From positions 62,001-100,514 of the forward strand of contig CAZCRK010000001.1 in assembly GCA_964501035.1 (NCBI GenBank): DNA of 38,514 bases. Direction: 5' to 3'. Below, piece after piece: positions 7,801-15,894 of this stretch. Below the pieces are notes generated by a model that was not told where the DNA came from, ran no database searches, and worked only from the letters and a program-made list of their open reading frames with translations. A program made the translations under genes and the position numbers. Position 1 is the first letter of the stretch; every line of letters begins with the position of its first letter.

Positions 7801-8567
7801 CGATTGTCACATTTGGTATGCAAGGCGATATCAATGCGGATGGCGCAATTAACGTGATGGATATTGTTCAACTGGTGAATTTTGTTCTCAATATTGACGA
7901 ACCAACCGACTATGAATTTTGGGCAGGAGATGTAAATGTTGATGGAACACTGAATGTAATTGATGTTGTTCAAATTGTAAATATTATTTTATATGATGAT
8001 GAAATGGGTAGTGCTGGACGATTAGAAAATGGAGAAGCTCGATTGCAATACAATCAACATTCAATTATAATTCAAGGCAGTAATATTGCAGGTTTTCAAA
8101 TTGAATTTGAAGGAGAATTGCAGAGACCTCAACTACCAATGGGATGGGAGTTTGTTTCATCTGGCAGTATTGCAATTGCATATTCACTGCAGGGTGTAAT
8201 GATAAATGAACCAATTCAAATTGCATTTAATGGTGAAGTTTTATCAGCCATAATTAGTGATAGTAATGGTAGTTCAATTCCAGTTTTGATGGATGAAATA
8301 CCAGAATCAACTACATTACAAAATGCATATCCAAACCCATTTAACCCAACGACTACCATAGGTTTTACCATAGATAATGGACATGCTATGACCTTGCAAA
8401 TATTTAATATTAATGGTCAAATGGTACAATCGTTGGTGGATGGATTTGTAGAAGCTGGATTCCATGAAGTTGTATGGGATGCTACTAACTTTTCATCGGG
8501 TGTGTATTTAATACATATGGCAACACCCAATCAAGCATTCACGCAAAAATTGATGCTTGTAAAATAA
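4824..8567 (+). CDS. Large secreted multidomain protein: carboxypeptidase-regulatory-like repeats, FN3-like, Cys-rich modules, cohesin-like domain, dockerin, FlgD/T9SS-type C-terminal sorting domain
   Basis: Signal peptide; repeated TxENGxF motifs; VPLYLHSEVDIAGLQF (cohesin-like); GDINADGAINVMDIV/GDVNVDGTLNVIDVV; AYPNPFNPTT...SSGVYLI...KLMLVK; RBS AAGGAG. Confidence 0.85.
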   Translation: MRTSIFLTHKIYTILLFAIMALTPLFTQDNSQMTFIEGNVIACNGCLGGPVGCPIPGANIDAVPLNSATDEAYTTNADENGHFALEVPVGAYSVTCSQTGWENQTQTIEVGYNGSAIEFCLTEVQDLEVVASGHVYGNYYPDQNNAEPLHNATVYFQYYFASDIEPSLLLSQQTDENGYFEFYYPYDSGWTGDYDLSHFTLSVQAEGYYNAEMTFEYNNAPITHNFFLTPNVEPTDVIFSGTVSGSFNDMLPAFIPLEGALVEVISGTASGVYDVIFETETNHDGYFQFLNNVNTPFPEEAQVRVSKDGYSTVEEWFDFHELPVTHDFYLNHITDPYPTTTVFGHVSAQLSPMGPVFPIGGAVIGATPSWGDAPYYETETNENGWFELELEDSAIGNVEWLITCFTDYGTQTQTFLAYPGEENEVNFHFNAWDEPVLQAPYNLTVELVQDANQWEPTAILNWEYPPTDDFNLPVSFNIYAQYGGPNGPFVHTGITDVNHFEMMIGGFVGYNGCFYVTATLNGLESEPSNTACVEGFDPEPVCEDLSGISFGDCEMIIGIGWNGEECTWFSGCGTVSEDGVDYSNAFFDSVEECEVACGIEDDGPPECIMDCPSFEDIDPNENADIACEWIIDTVTSDSECISDCDDYTLEMLSEVSWACEMCLAGEFECEDIFNDDDPHENGVIYGMVEYVWGDAIELVAGAHIVITGISSDGTVEDVYETETNEQGMYEIEVPVGSYHVTCTAYEETETIEAFVEAGHEVQVNFQFGEFYFPTAITGMVYGELEMPEPIDDAHLTIHYDNGIFLETWTNEGWYWLDLPGAGEYYVSIEAEGYFPEDINFFAYEGINEMDFYLTPIDDYMDPEATFILGNASITEENEVIVPLYLHSEVDIAGLQFAVWPEQYYNDFYLMPSGLESMNDCFTANWNEVYGQLWGIMFSLEGCVFEAYEEHHVANLAFSSEGFPIPGLEIPLVFNETIASDPDGNEIQSEGIGTIVTFGMQGDINADGAINVMDIVQLVNFVLNIDEPTDYEFWAGDVNVDGTLNVIDVVQIVNIILYDDEMGSAGRLENGEARLQYNQHSIIIQGSNIAGFQIEFEGELQRPQLPMGWEFVSSGSIAIAYSLQGVMINEPIQIAFNGEVLSAIISDSNGSSIPVLMDEIPESTTLQNAYPNPFNPTTTIGFTIDNGHAMTLQIFNINGQMVQSLVDGFVEAGFHEVVWDATNFSSGVYLIHMATPNQAFTQKLMLVK

Positions 8568-8572
8568 ATGTG

Positions 8573-8609
8573 AAAAAAATAGAAAGTGGGAATCCTTTCC
8601 CACTTTCTA
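8573..8609. terminator. Perfect intergenic inverted repeat (stabiliser or terminator)
   Basis: TAGAAAGTGGGAA-tcct-TTCCCACTTTCTA; A tract on the 5' side only, so no U tail on the + strand. Confidence 0.7.
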
Positions 8610-8638
8610 CGACATAAACCAAAAACAAGGAGATACCA

Positions 8639-9160
8639 ATGAACAGGTTTAAACTCCAATTACTTTTTGTATTTCTCACCGTTTCCTTTTCACAGGAAAC
8701 TATTACAATCCAAGGAATGGTAGATGGTCTGTTTTACATCCCAGAATGTATGTGTGCACCTTTTGGAATTATTGACGAAAGTAATAATATAACTGCTCTG
8801 GGAACCAACCAAGACGAATCCATTGCATTTCAAGAGTATGTTGGCCAGGAAGTTTCTGTAGTTGGAATACCAAGCACGTATCCATGTACCGGATTTTGCG
8901 ACGAAGCCATGCAAGCTGTGGATGTATTTAGCATAACCCCAATTGACAGTGAACCATGCGAACCCAATTCTGATATCAATAATGATGGTATGACCAATGT
9001 TGTTGATATTGTTGTACTAGTAAACTTTATTCTTATGACAAATACTCCAACAGATGCAGAATTCTGTGCATCAGACCAAAATAGTGATGGAGTCCTGAAC
9101 GTATTGGATGTCGTAGAGTTGATATGGTCTGCTATACCAATCCTACCTATAAATCCATAA
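8639..9160 (+). CDS. Secreted protein: Cys-containing beta domain + dockerin
   Basis: Signal peptide ending VSFS/Q; SDINNDGMTNVVDIV and SDQNSDGVLNVLDVV; RBS AAGGAG. Confidence 0.85.
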   Translation: MNRFKLQLLFVFLTVSFSQETITIQGMVDGLFYIPECMCAPFGIIDESNNITALGTNQDESIAFQEYVGQEVSVVGIPSTYPCTGFCDEAMQAVDVFSITPIDSEPCEPNSDINNDGMTNVVDIVVLVNFILMTNTPTDAEFCASDQNSDGVLNVLDVVELIWSAIPILPINP

Positions 9161-9196
9161 AATGGCTATGTATGTTATTATTTAACGGAGAACATT

Positions 9197-10741
9197 ATGA
9201 AACAAATATTTATACTACTAATTTTTATGCAATTTGTATTTTCACAAGATTCATTATTGGTTCGGGGGGTTGTTGATTATGCTATCGATAATACCTGTAT
9301 GGACCAATGTTCACAATATGTTGTGAATGCTGACTTAGGATACGAAAGTACATATATTACCATCTTACCCAATCCATCAGATCTAGATGAATACGTTGGT
9401 GAACATGTTGAAATTTGGGGACATATGGTTGACTGCTTTTTATGTTCTGCCCTTCATGTTGATAACATTGAAATTTTAGATACGCAAGACACAACAGTAG
9501 AAGGTGTATTATCATTTAATAATGGGTGGTCTTTTTGCATGGATGGATGCGATGAATTCACATTAGAACTTGATGAAGAATTTAATCAATTACCAATCAT
9601 TACAGAAACGTCTATCTCCCCATGTAATGATAATCCAGGATTGCCCGAAATGGAAATTCTTGTTAGTGGAAATGAAATAACGTTTGAATGGTTGAATGGT
9701 GAGTTACAGTGTTGCATTGAACCTCACTGGAGTGGTGTTTTAGATGAGTCTAGTGCTACATATTATTTAGAAATACAAGACCAAGGTCCGCCGTGTGACT
9801 GCATGTGTTCATTCGACCAAACGGTAACGATTGGTGACTTTGCTCCAGGTGATTATGATTTGATTGTAGAATATTCAAATTATAATTGGACATTTTTTGG
9901 AGGGAGTTTTACAATAGAAGATAGTATTCAATTGGTTGAACAAACAGAGACAGATTGTTTAGATAATCGAGATGAACCCTATATTGAAGTAGAAGTAGAT
10001 GGTTCATATATGACGCTTAACTACTTTAATGCATATCAAAACTGTTGTCCAGAACTAGTTTGGGATGGATGGTTAAACGGAAACACGTTTCACACAACAT
10101 TGATCGATATTAATCCAGCTTGCTGGTGTGAATGTCATTTTAACTTATCTGCAACATTTGGTCCCTTTGAGGATGGAACTTATACCCTTGATTTTTTGGA
10201 TGGTGAATTAGGAACTCCTGAGTTTAATATAGGTGAAAGTGAACGTGAAATTATGTTTGTTACCACGCTTGGAAATCCAGAATCAATCATGGAGTTTAAC
10301 AACGAACGAGTGATTATCACAGGGTATGAAACAATCTGTGCTGAATGTAGTGGATTAGTACCAGAAACTATTGAATTAGTAGAGGAACCTAATCCATGTT
10401 TGTTGGGTGATGCAAGCTTTGATAACATTCTTAATGTATTAGATATTGTCATCATTGTGGATTGTATTTTAACTATTGACACATGCGATGAATGTATGGA
10501 TATTAATACAGATGGCAACATTAATGTATTGGATATTGTTCAAATTATCAATGTTATTTTGAATGGTCCGGAAACTCCAGAGGAATGTTTACTAGAACCC
10601 GATATAGGTCCATGTGATGGTGTTTGTCCACGTTATTATTTTGATCCCAACTCACAACAATGTGAAGTATTTTTTTGGGGATGTTGTGAAGGTGTAGTTC
10701 CGTTTGACACATTAGAATCGTGTGCAGAAATGTGTGAGTAG
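9197..10741 (+). CDS. Secreted Cys-rich protein with internal repeats, dockerin and C-terminal BPTI/Kunitz domain
   Basis: Signal peptide; GDASFDNILNVLDIV/DINTDGNINVLDIV; CLLEPDIGPC...RYYFD...CEVFFWGCC...FDTLESCAEMC. Confidence 0.85.
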   Translation: MKQIFILLIFMQFVFSQDSLLVRGVVDYAIDNTCMDQCSQYVVNADLGYESTYITILPNPSDLDEYVGEHVEIWGHMVDCFLCSALHVDNIEILDTQDTTVEGVLSFNNGWSFCMDGCDEFTLELDEEFNQLPIITETSISPCNDNPGLPEMEILVSGNEITFEWLNGELQCCIEPHWSGVLDESSATYYLEIQDQGPPCDCMCSFDQTVTIGDFAPGDYDLIVEYSNYNWTFFGGSFTIEDSIQLVEQTETDCLDNRDEPYIEVEVDGSYMTLNYFNAYQNCCPELVWDGWLNGNTFHTTLIDINPACWCECHFNLSATFGPFEDGTYTLDFLDGELGTPEFNIGESEREIMFVTTLGNPESIMEFNNERVIITGYETICAECSGLVPETIELVEEPNPCLLGDASFDNILNVLDIVIIVDCILTIDTCDECMDINTDGNINVLDIVQIINVILNGPETPEECLLEPDIGPCDGVCPRYYFDPNSQQCEVFFWGCCEGVVPFDTLESCAEMCE

Positions 10742-10856
10742 TTTGTTTAGAGTATAGGTTTTCATTCAAAATACCTCCTTATTTTACTTTCTTTGAAAAT
10801 TCATTGAAAACATAATTATTTGTTGTTGTAATTTTCACAAGAGGAGAAATTTCAAA

Positions 10857-12344
10857 ATGAAAAATTATATTCTATTATTTACAATTCAATGTATTCTAGC
10901 AAATCCATTAACCAATTGTGTAAAAGACTCACAAGATAGAACATATCGATTTCAGTTTACTTATCCTGAAACAATTCAAACAGAACACTTTAAAATTCAT
11001 TATACTACAGCCACTGCTGATAGCCAATTTATCAATGGAAATTGGCTCAATTTACAATGTAATAATAGTTATGCAGAATCAGTCATAAACTTGGCAGAAT
11101 ACTCACTTGATATATTTATGAATAAGGGATGGGAAATGATGCCACCTGATTGTGATGAATCAATTACAGATGAATCTTCACCAAATCATTGTAATAATTT
11201 TGGTGGAAATGCACTCTACGATATTTATTTGACAAATGATGCTGCTGGGCTTGTTGTCCCAGAACAACCGTACCCAGTTGCACCATTTTCAGGTGGCTAT
11301 TCAAGTTATATGATTGTATCCACTTTGTTAAATGAACATGAAACAATTCCCTCGTGGAGCAAGCATGTAGTGGCTCATGAATTGCATCATGCTATTCAGG
11401 TTCGTTACGGAATTGGAGTTTCTGGTCAACCGGGCAATTATGCATATAATGGATGGTTATTAGAACAAACTGCAACATATATGGAAAATGTGGTCTTTCC
11501 AGAATCTATTCATTTATCTACTATGCTTGGGAATTGTAATGTTGTATCCCCATTAACATATCCAGAATATAACATTGATTCTTCGGTTCAATTGTATCAA
11601 TACAGATCTGCCTTATGGCAAAAGTTTTTAGTAGAAGCTTATGGAGATTCAAGTATAATCAGGTTAATATGGGAAGGGTTTGGAAATGCATCCGAAACGG
11701 GTAATCCTGTAGATGTATTTCCAATTTATAATGATGCAATTCAATTTTCATCAACTGAAAATATTGATTTAACAAATGCATATATTGATTATTCAACATG
11801 GAGATATTTTACAGGGGATAGAACTAATATTGCATCCTTCTTTGAAGAAGCTAATTCATATTGTACAGCTTATTCAACTAGCTTGGAAGAATCACCTTTT
11901 TCACTTTCAACTCAACATGGTGGTGCTTTATTTGTTGAACTTCCATTTCAACAATCTTCAATTCGTTTTAGTTCGAATGATTACGATAAGTTAATAGTAA
12001 ACCATATAGTAAAAGATTCATTGGGGATTGTTTCATATACAACACTTGAAATAGATCAAAGCGATCAATTGTTAGGATTGAATAATCCAAACAATCTAAA
12101 TCAAGTTTTAATTATTACAAGTCAATTCACAAATGAACCAACAGATGAAATAGAATTCTCTATTTTAGATGCTCCTATAATTCAAGGTGATATCAATCAA
12201 GATGGTTTGGTAAACGTGGTAGATATAGTAGCAGCAGTTAACCTAATATTAACGGATTCATATGATAGTATTGTTGATATGAATGAAGATGGAGAGTTAA
12301 ACGTTGTTGATATTGTTTTGTTGATTAATATTATTTTAAGTTAA
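10857..12344 (+). CDS. Secreted zinc metallopeptidase (MXAN_6640-like) with C-terminal dockerin
   Basis: HFKIHYT, AHELHHAIQ, WLLEQTATYME; GDINQDGLVNVVDIV/DMNEDGELNVVDIV. Confidence 0.82.
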   Translation: MKNYILLFTIQCILANPLTNCVKDSQDRTYRFQFTYPETIQTEHFKIHYTTATADSQFINGNWLNLQCNNSYAESVINLAEYSLDIFMNKGWEMMPPDCDESITDESSPNHCNNFGGNALYDIYLTNDAAGLVVPEQPYPVAPFSGGYSSYMIVSTLLNEHETIPSWSKHVVAHELHHAIQVRYGIGVSGQPGNYAYNGWLLEQTATYMENVVFPESIHLSTMLGNCNVVSPLTYPEYNIDSSVQLYQYRSALWQKFLVEAYGDSSIIRLIWEGFGNASETGNPVDVFPIYNDAIQFSSTENIDLTNAYIDYSTWRYFTGDRTNIASFFEEANSYCTAYSTSLEESPFSLSTQHGGALFVELPFQQSSIRFSSNDYDKLIVNHIVKDSLGIVSYTTLEIDQSDQLLGLNNPNNLNQVLIITSQFTNEPTDEIEFSILDAPIIQGDINQDGLVNVVDIVAAVNLILTDSYDSIVDMNEDGELNVVDIVLLINIILS

Positions 12345-12349
12345 AAAAA

Positions 12350-13099
12350 TTGGAAGCACTCATCTTAATAATTTCAGCATTTATAACCTCCACCATATCT
12401 GCAATTTTAGGAATGGGTGGAGGTATTATACTTCTTGCAATTATGGCACTATTGCTTCCAGAAGGTTATTTAGCAATTGCGTTACATGGTGTAATCCAAC
12501 TGGTAAGTAATACAACTCGTTCTTTTGCATACCGTGAAAGTATTAACTGGAAACTCGTTCGAGAATTTTTATTCGGTGCATGCTTTGGATTGCTCCTTTC
12601 ATCCATCATTATTTTTGGGTTAATGCAGGTGATGCAGATTACCACAGCATCCGATATAAAAGTTGATTTTTTGAAACCAGCAATTGGAATTTTTGTACTC
12701 TGGTTTTTATATGGGAAAAGACTAACTCCACACCATGGAAAAAAATTTACAAAAGTAGGGCTGATGAGTGGTTTTGCAACCGTTTTTGTTGGAGCAACTG
12801 GACCTTTAATTGCACCCTATTTTTTGGATTATGGTTTGAAGAAAAAAGAAATAATTGCCAACAAAGCAGTCTGTCAAGCTATTAGCCATACAGGTAAAAT
12901 GCCTATTTTTATTTTTCTATTTCATTTGAACTATTTCGAACATTCAAAAGTACTGTTACCTTTATTAGTTGCCGTTATCATTGGTACATATTTTGGGAAA
13001 CATATTCTATCCTTTATACCCGAACATATTTTTAGATTGCTTTTTAAATCTGCACTTACACTGATGGCAATTAAACTTATTATTGATTATTGGGTTTAG
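12350..13099 (+). CDS. TauE/SafE-family (TSUP) sulfur-compound transporter
   Basis: GMGGGIIL and GATGPLIAP repeat motifs, about 8 TM segments, TTG start. Confidence 0.85.
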   Translation: MEALILIISAFITSTISAILGMGGGIILLAIMALLLPEGYLAIALHGVIQLVSNTTRSFAYRESINWKLVREFLFGACFGLLLSSIIIFGLMQVMQITTASDIKVDFLKPAIGIFVLWFLYGKRLTPHHGKKFTKVGLMSGFATVFVGATGPLIAPYFLDYGLKKKEIIANKAVCQAISHTGKMPIFIFLFHLNYFEHSKVLLPLLVAVIIGTYFGKHILSFIPEHIFRLLFKSALTLMAIKLIIDYWV

Positions 13100-13131
13100 G
13101 GTTACCGCAATAGATTACTCTGTTTAATTTT

Positions 13132-14796
13132 TTAGTACGAATCTCCATGAACCGTTGTGACAGCCCGTCCAGATGGGTCATTGAGAAGTTTAAAACTTTC
13201 ATCCCATTCTAAAGCAATTTTAGAACTACAAGCTACGGATGGTTCAGATGGTACGGTTTTGGCGGATGTTTCAGAAGGAAAGTGAGATGCAAAAATACTT
13301 CGATAATAGAATTCTTCTTTGGTATGTGGTGTATGTGTTGGAAATGTATGATGTGCATTTTCAAGTTGAATATCTGTAACATTTTTATTGACATAATCTT
13401 TGAGCGTGTCAATCCAACTATAACCAACTCCATCAGAAAATTGTTCTTTTTGTCGCCATAAAACTGACTTTGGTAAATAGTCTTCAAATGCTTTCCGAAT
13501 TACCCATTTTTCCATTCTTTCACCATGTATGAGTTTATCGTTTGGGTTTATTTTCATAGCAATTTCTATAAATTCCTTATCTAAAAATGGAACTCGCCCT
13601 TCAACACCCCATGCACTTAAAGACTTATTTGCTCTTAAACAATCATAGAGATGTAATTTCTTTAGTTTTCGCACGGTTTCATTGTGAAATTCCTGAGCAT
13701 TTGGAGCTTTATGAAAATATAGATACCCCCCAAAGATCTCATCAGCACCCTCTCCTGATAAAACCATTTTCACTCCCATTGATTTTATAACTCTTGCCAT
13801 TAAGTACATGGGTGTTGATGCTCGTACTGTTGTTACATCATAGGTTTCTAAATGGTATATCACATCTCTAATTGCATCCAACCCTTCTTGAATTGTAAAT
13901 GTTATTTCATGATGTACAGTACCAATATGGTCAGCTACAATTTTAGCATATTTCAAATCGGGAGAACCTGTTAAACCCACAGAAAAAGAGTGTAATTGAG
14001 GCCACCATGCCCCTTGCTTATCGCCAGACTCAACGCGCATATCTGAATATTTCTTAGCAATTGCTGAAATGATTGAAGAATCCAACCCCCCAGACAACAA
14101 CACACCATATGGAACATCTGTCATAAGTTGTCTATGAACTGCATTTTCCAAACCCGTTTTTAGCAAATCAATATGTGTAGAGTTTTTTTGAACATTATTG
14201 TAATTATCCCAATCAGTTGAATACCACTTTACAAGTTTTCCATCATTACTTGATAAATAATGTCCTGGAGGGAATATTTCAATTTTAGAACAGTATCCTT
14301 CGAGAGCCTTTAGTTCGGATGCAATATAAAAAGTCCCATGTTTATCCCATCCCATATAGAGTGGGGTGATTCCCATGTGATCTCGAACAATTAAATATTC
14401 ATGTGTTTTGCTATTGTAAAGAGCAAATGAAAAAATACCATTTAACTCATTTATAAAATCAATTCCTTTTGATTTGTATAATGCGAGAATTACTTCACAG
14501 TCAGATTCCGTTTTGAAATTATATTTTCCTTCAAATTGTTTTCTAAGTTCGAAATGATTATAAATTTCACCATTAACGGCTAATATTGTTTTATTTTCAT
14601 CACAGTAAAGTGGTTGTTTACCCGATGAGGGATCAACAATCGCAAGACGTTCGTGAGATAAAATTGCTTTTTCACCTGTGTAAATACCACTCCAATCTGG
14701 CCCCCGATGTCGCAACTTTCCTGACATTTCTAAAACTTGTGATCTCAATATTTCTGATTTTTCTTTTAAATCAAACGCACATACAATTCCACACAT
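13132..14796 (-). CDS. asnB: Asparagine synthetase B (glutamine-hydrolysing)
   Basis: Start reassigned to ATG 14796 so that Cys is N-terminal (MCGIV), RBS AAAGGA upstream; HRGPD, LLSGGLDSS, SGEGADE. Confidence 0.97.
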   Translation of the reverse strand: MCGIVCAFDLKEKSEILRSQVLEMSGKLRHRGPDWSGIYTGEKAILSHERLAIVDPSSGKQPLYCDENKTILAVNGEIYNHFELRKQFEGKYNFKTESDCEVILALYKSKGIDFINELNGIFSFALYNSKTHEYLIVRDHMGITPLYMGWDKHGTFYIASELKALEGYCSKIEIFPPGHYLSSNDGKLVKWYSTDWDNYNNVQKNSTHIDLLKTGLENAVHRQLMTDVPYGVLLSGGLDSSIISAIAKKYSDMRVESGDKQGAWWPQLHSFSVGLTGSPDLKYAKIVADHIGTVHHEITFTIQEGLDAIRDVIYHLETYDVTTVRASTPMYLMARVIKSMGVKMVLSGEGADEIFGGYLYFHKAPNAQEFHNETVRKLKKLHLYDCLRANKSLSAWGVEGRVPFLDKEFIEIAMKINPNDKLIHGERMEKWVIRKAFEDYLPKSVLWRQKEQFSDGVGYSWIDTLKDYVNKNVTDIQLENAHHTFPTHTPHTKEEFYYRSIFASHFPSETSAKTVPSEPSVACSSKIALEWDESFKLLNDPSGRAVTTVHGDSY

Positions 14797-14821
14797 GTGT
14801 ATTCCTTTCATATTTTATGTT

Positions 14822-14859
14822 AAAAAAAAGCCCCTTAGAAAATTTTCTAAGGGGCTTTT
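14822..14859 (-). terminator. Intrinsic terminator (attenuator) upstream of asnB
   Basis: Perfect palindrome AAAAGCCCCTTAGAAAA/TTTTCTAAGGGGCTTTT with an 8-U tail on the minus strand, 25 nt before the asnB start. Confidence 0.9.
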
Positions 14860-14878
14860 AAATCATATAACGTTGAAA

Positions 14879-14950
14879 TTACATGAATCCCCTCTCAATA
14901 TTATTATTGAGTGTGAAAAATAAATTTGTTGTATAATTTCTGTTTGTCAT
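14879..14950 (-). CDS. Asn-rich leader peptide, 23 aa (MTNRNYTTNLFFTLNNNIERGFM)
   Basis: ATG 14950 to TAA 14881-14879; 6 Asn codons including NNN at 14908-14900; stop lies 19 nt before the terminator preceding asnB. Confidence 0.7.
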   Translation of the reverse strand: MTNRNYTTNLFFTLNNNIERGFM

Positions 14951-15009
14951 CTTAAAAACTCTAGGGTTAATTTAAGTCTAAATTTTTATAAACCAAGCCA
15001 TAAAATAAT

Positions 15010-15894
15010 TTACATTTTTATTCCCAGTGTGAGCCCACTCACTATTCCACCAGCACCCAAGTTTCTAACTCCAAAATCAACTTTAAACTGTTCAAAGGAT
15101 AATCCAACTCCCGCACTAAGGCCTGCAAAAAAGTCGCTACCATATTCACCGGTTTGTAGGTTAGATTTGAAATTTGATGAACTCACTCGGAGTTTGAATG
15201 CACGCGACCCAAATTCAATGCTCCCTATAAAATGGGATTCATCGATAAAAGCATATTGTCGTGCATGAATAATTAACATTGCAGGGAGATGTTGAGGTTT
15301 GTATGAAACTGATACTTGCGTAAATTTTGGTAAATTCTCAACTGAACCCAGATATGGATCAATTACAATTCCCAAATTTTCAAGCGAAATGCTTACTCCC
15401 ATTTTTTGATTAAAACTGTGCGAATGTATTCGAAATGATGATGATATTATTTGAGAAGAATAATTAGATATATTACTTTTTATGTATGAAACATTTCCCC
15501 CCACCCAGACAAAATTCTGAAAAATAGAATTATATTCGACATTTAACAAAATATCTTGAGCTTTAAAGTAATTATCTTCATTATCCATGTCTTCAACAAA
15601 CGTTCCATAATCCATTGATATTGCCGAAATTGAAAATATAGAATTTCTTTTTATTTGTTTAAATGCGAAGGATTGAAACGCGATGTCCTGAGGGTATTGT
15701 AAATAACTAAAGCTATATGTATTATTGACCCCATCAACGATGTTAGCCCCTCTCAAATTACATGGCAATTCAGTAAAAGAACTGGCTGAAATTGAAAGAG
15801 CTCGAGCATTATGTGGAAGCTCCAAAATAGAGTAACTTGATTGAGATATAACTATTGAGATAAAAACAAAGTGAATGAATTGATTAATCTTCAT
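15010..15894 (-). CDS. PorV/PorQ-like outer-membrane beta-barrel protein
   Basis: Signal peptide then YSILELPHNARALS N-terminal motif, MDYGTF, alternating beta strands. Confidence 0.65.
   Translation of the reverse strand: MKINQFIHFVFISIVISQSSYSILELPHNARALSISASSFTELPCNLRGANIVDGVNNTYSFSYLQYPQDIAFQSFAFKQIKRNSIFSISAISMDYGTFVEDMDNEDNYFKAQDILLNVEYNSIFQNFVWVGGNVSYIKSNISNYSSQIISSSFRIHSHSFNQKMGVSISLENLGIVIDPYLGSVENLPKFTQVSVSYKPQHLPAMLIIHARQYAFIDESHFIGSIEFGSRAFKLRVSSSNFKSNLQTGEYGSDFFAGLSAGVGLSFEQFKVDFGVRNLGAGGIVSGLTLGIKM

Noticed and set aside
4824..12344. A true cellulosome
   Set aside because: No glycoside hydrolase or CBM recognised and only one cohesin-like domain.
14797..14811. asnB start at 14811 as given in the ORF track
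   Set aside because: Ntn amidotransferases need Cys at the mature N-terminus; ATG 14796 gives MCG and has an RBS.
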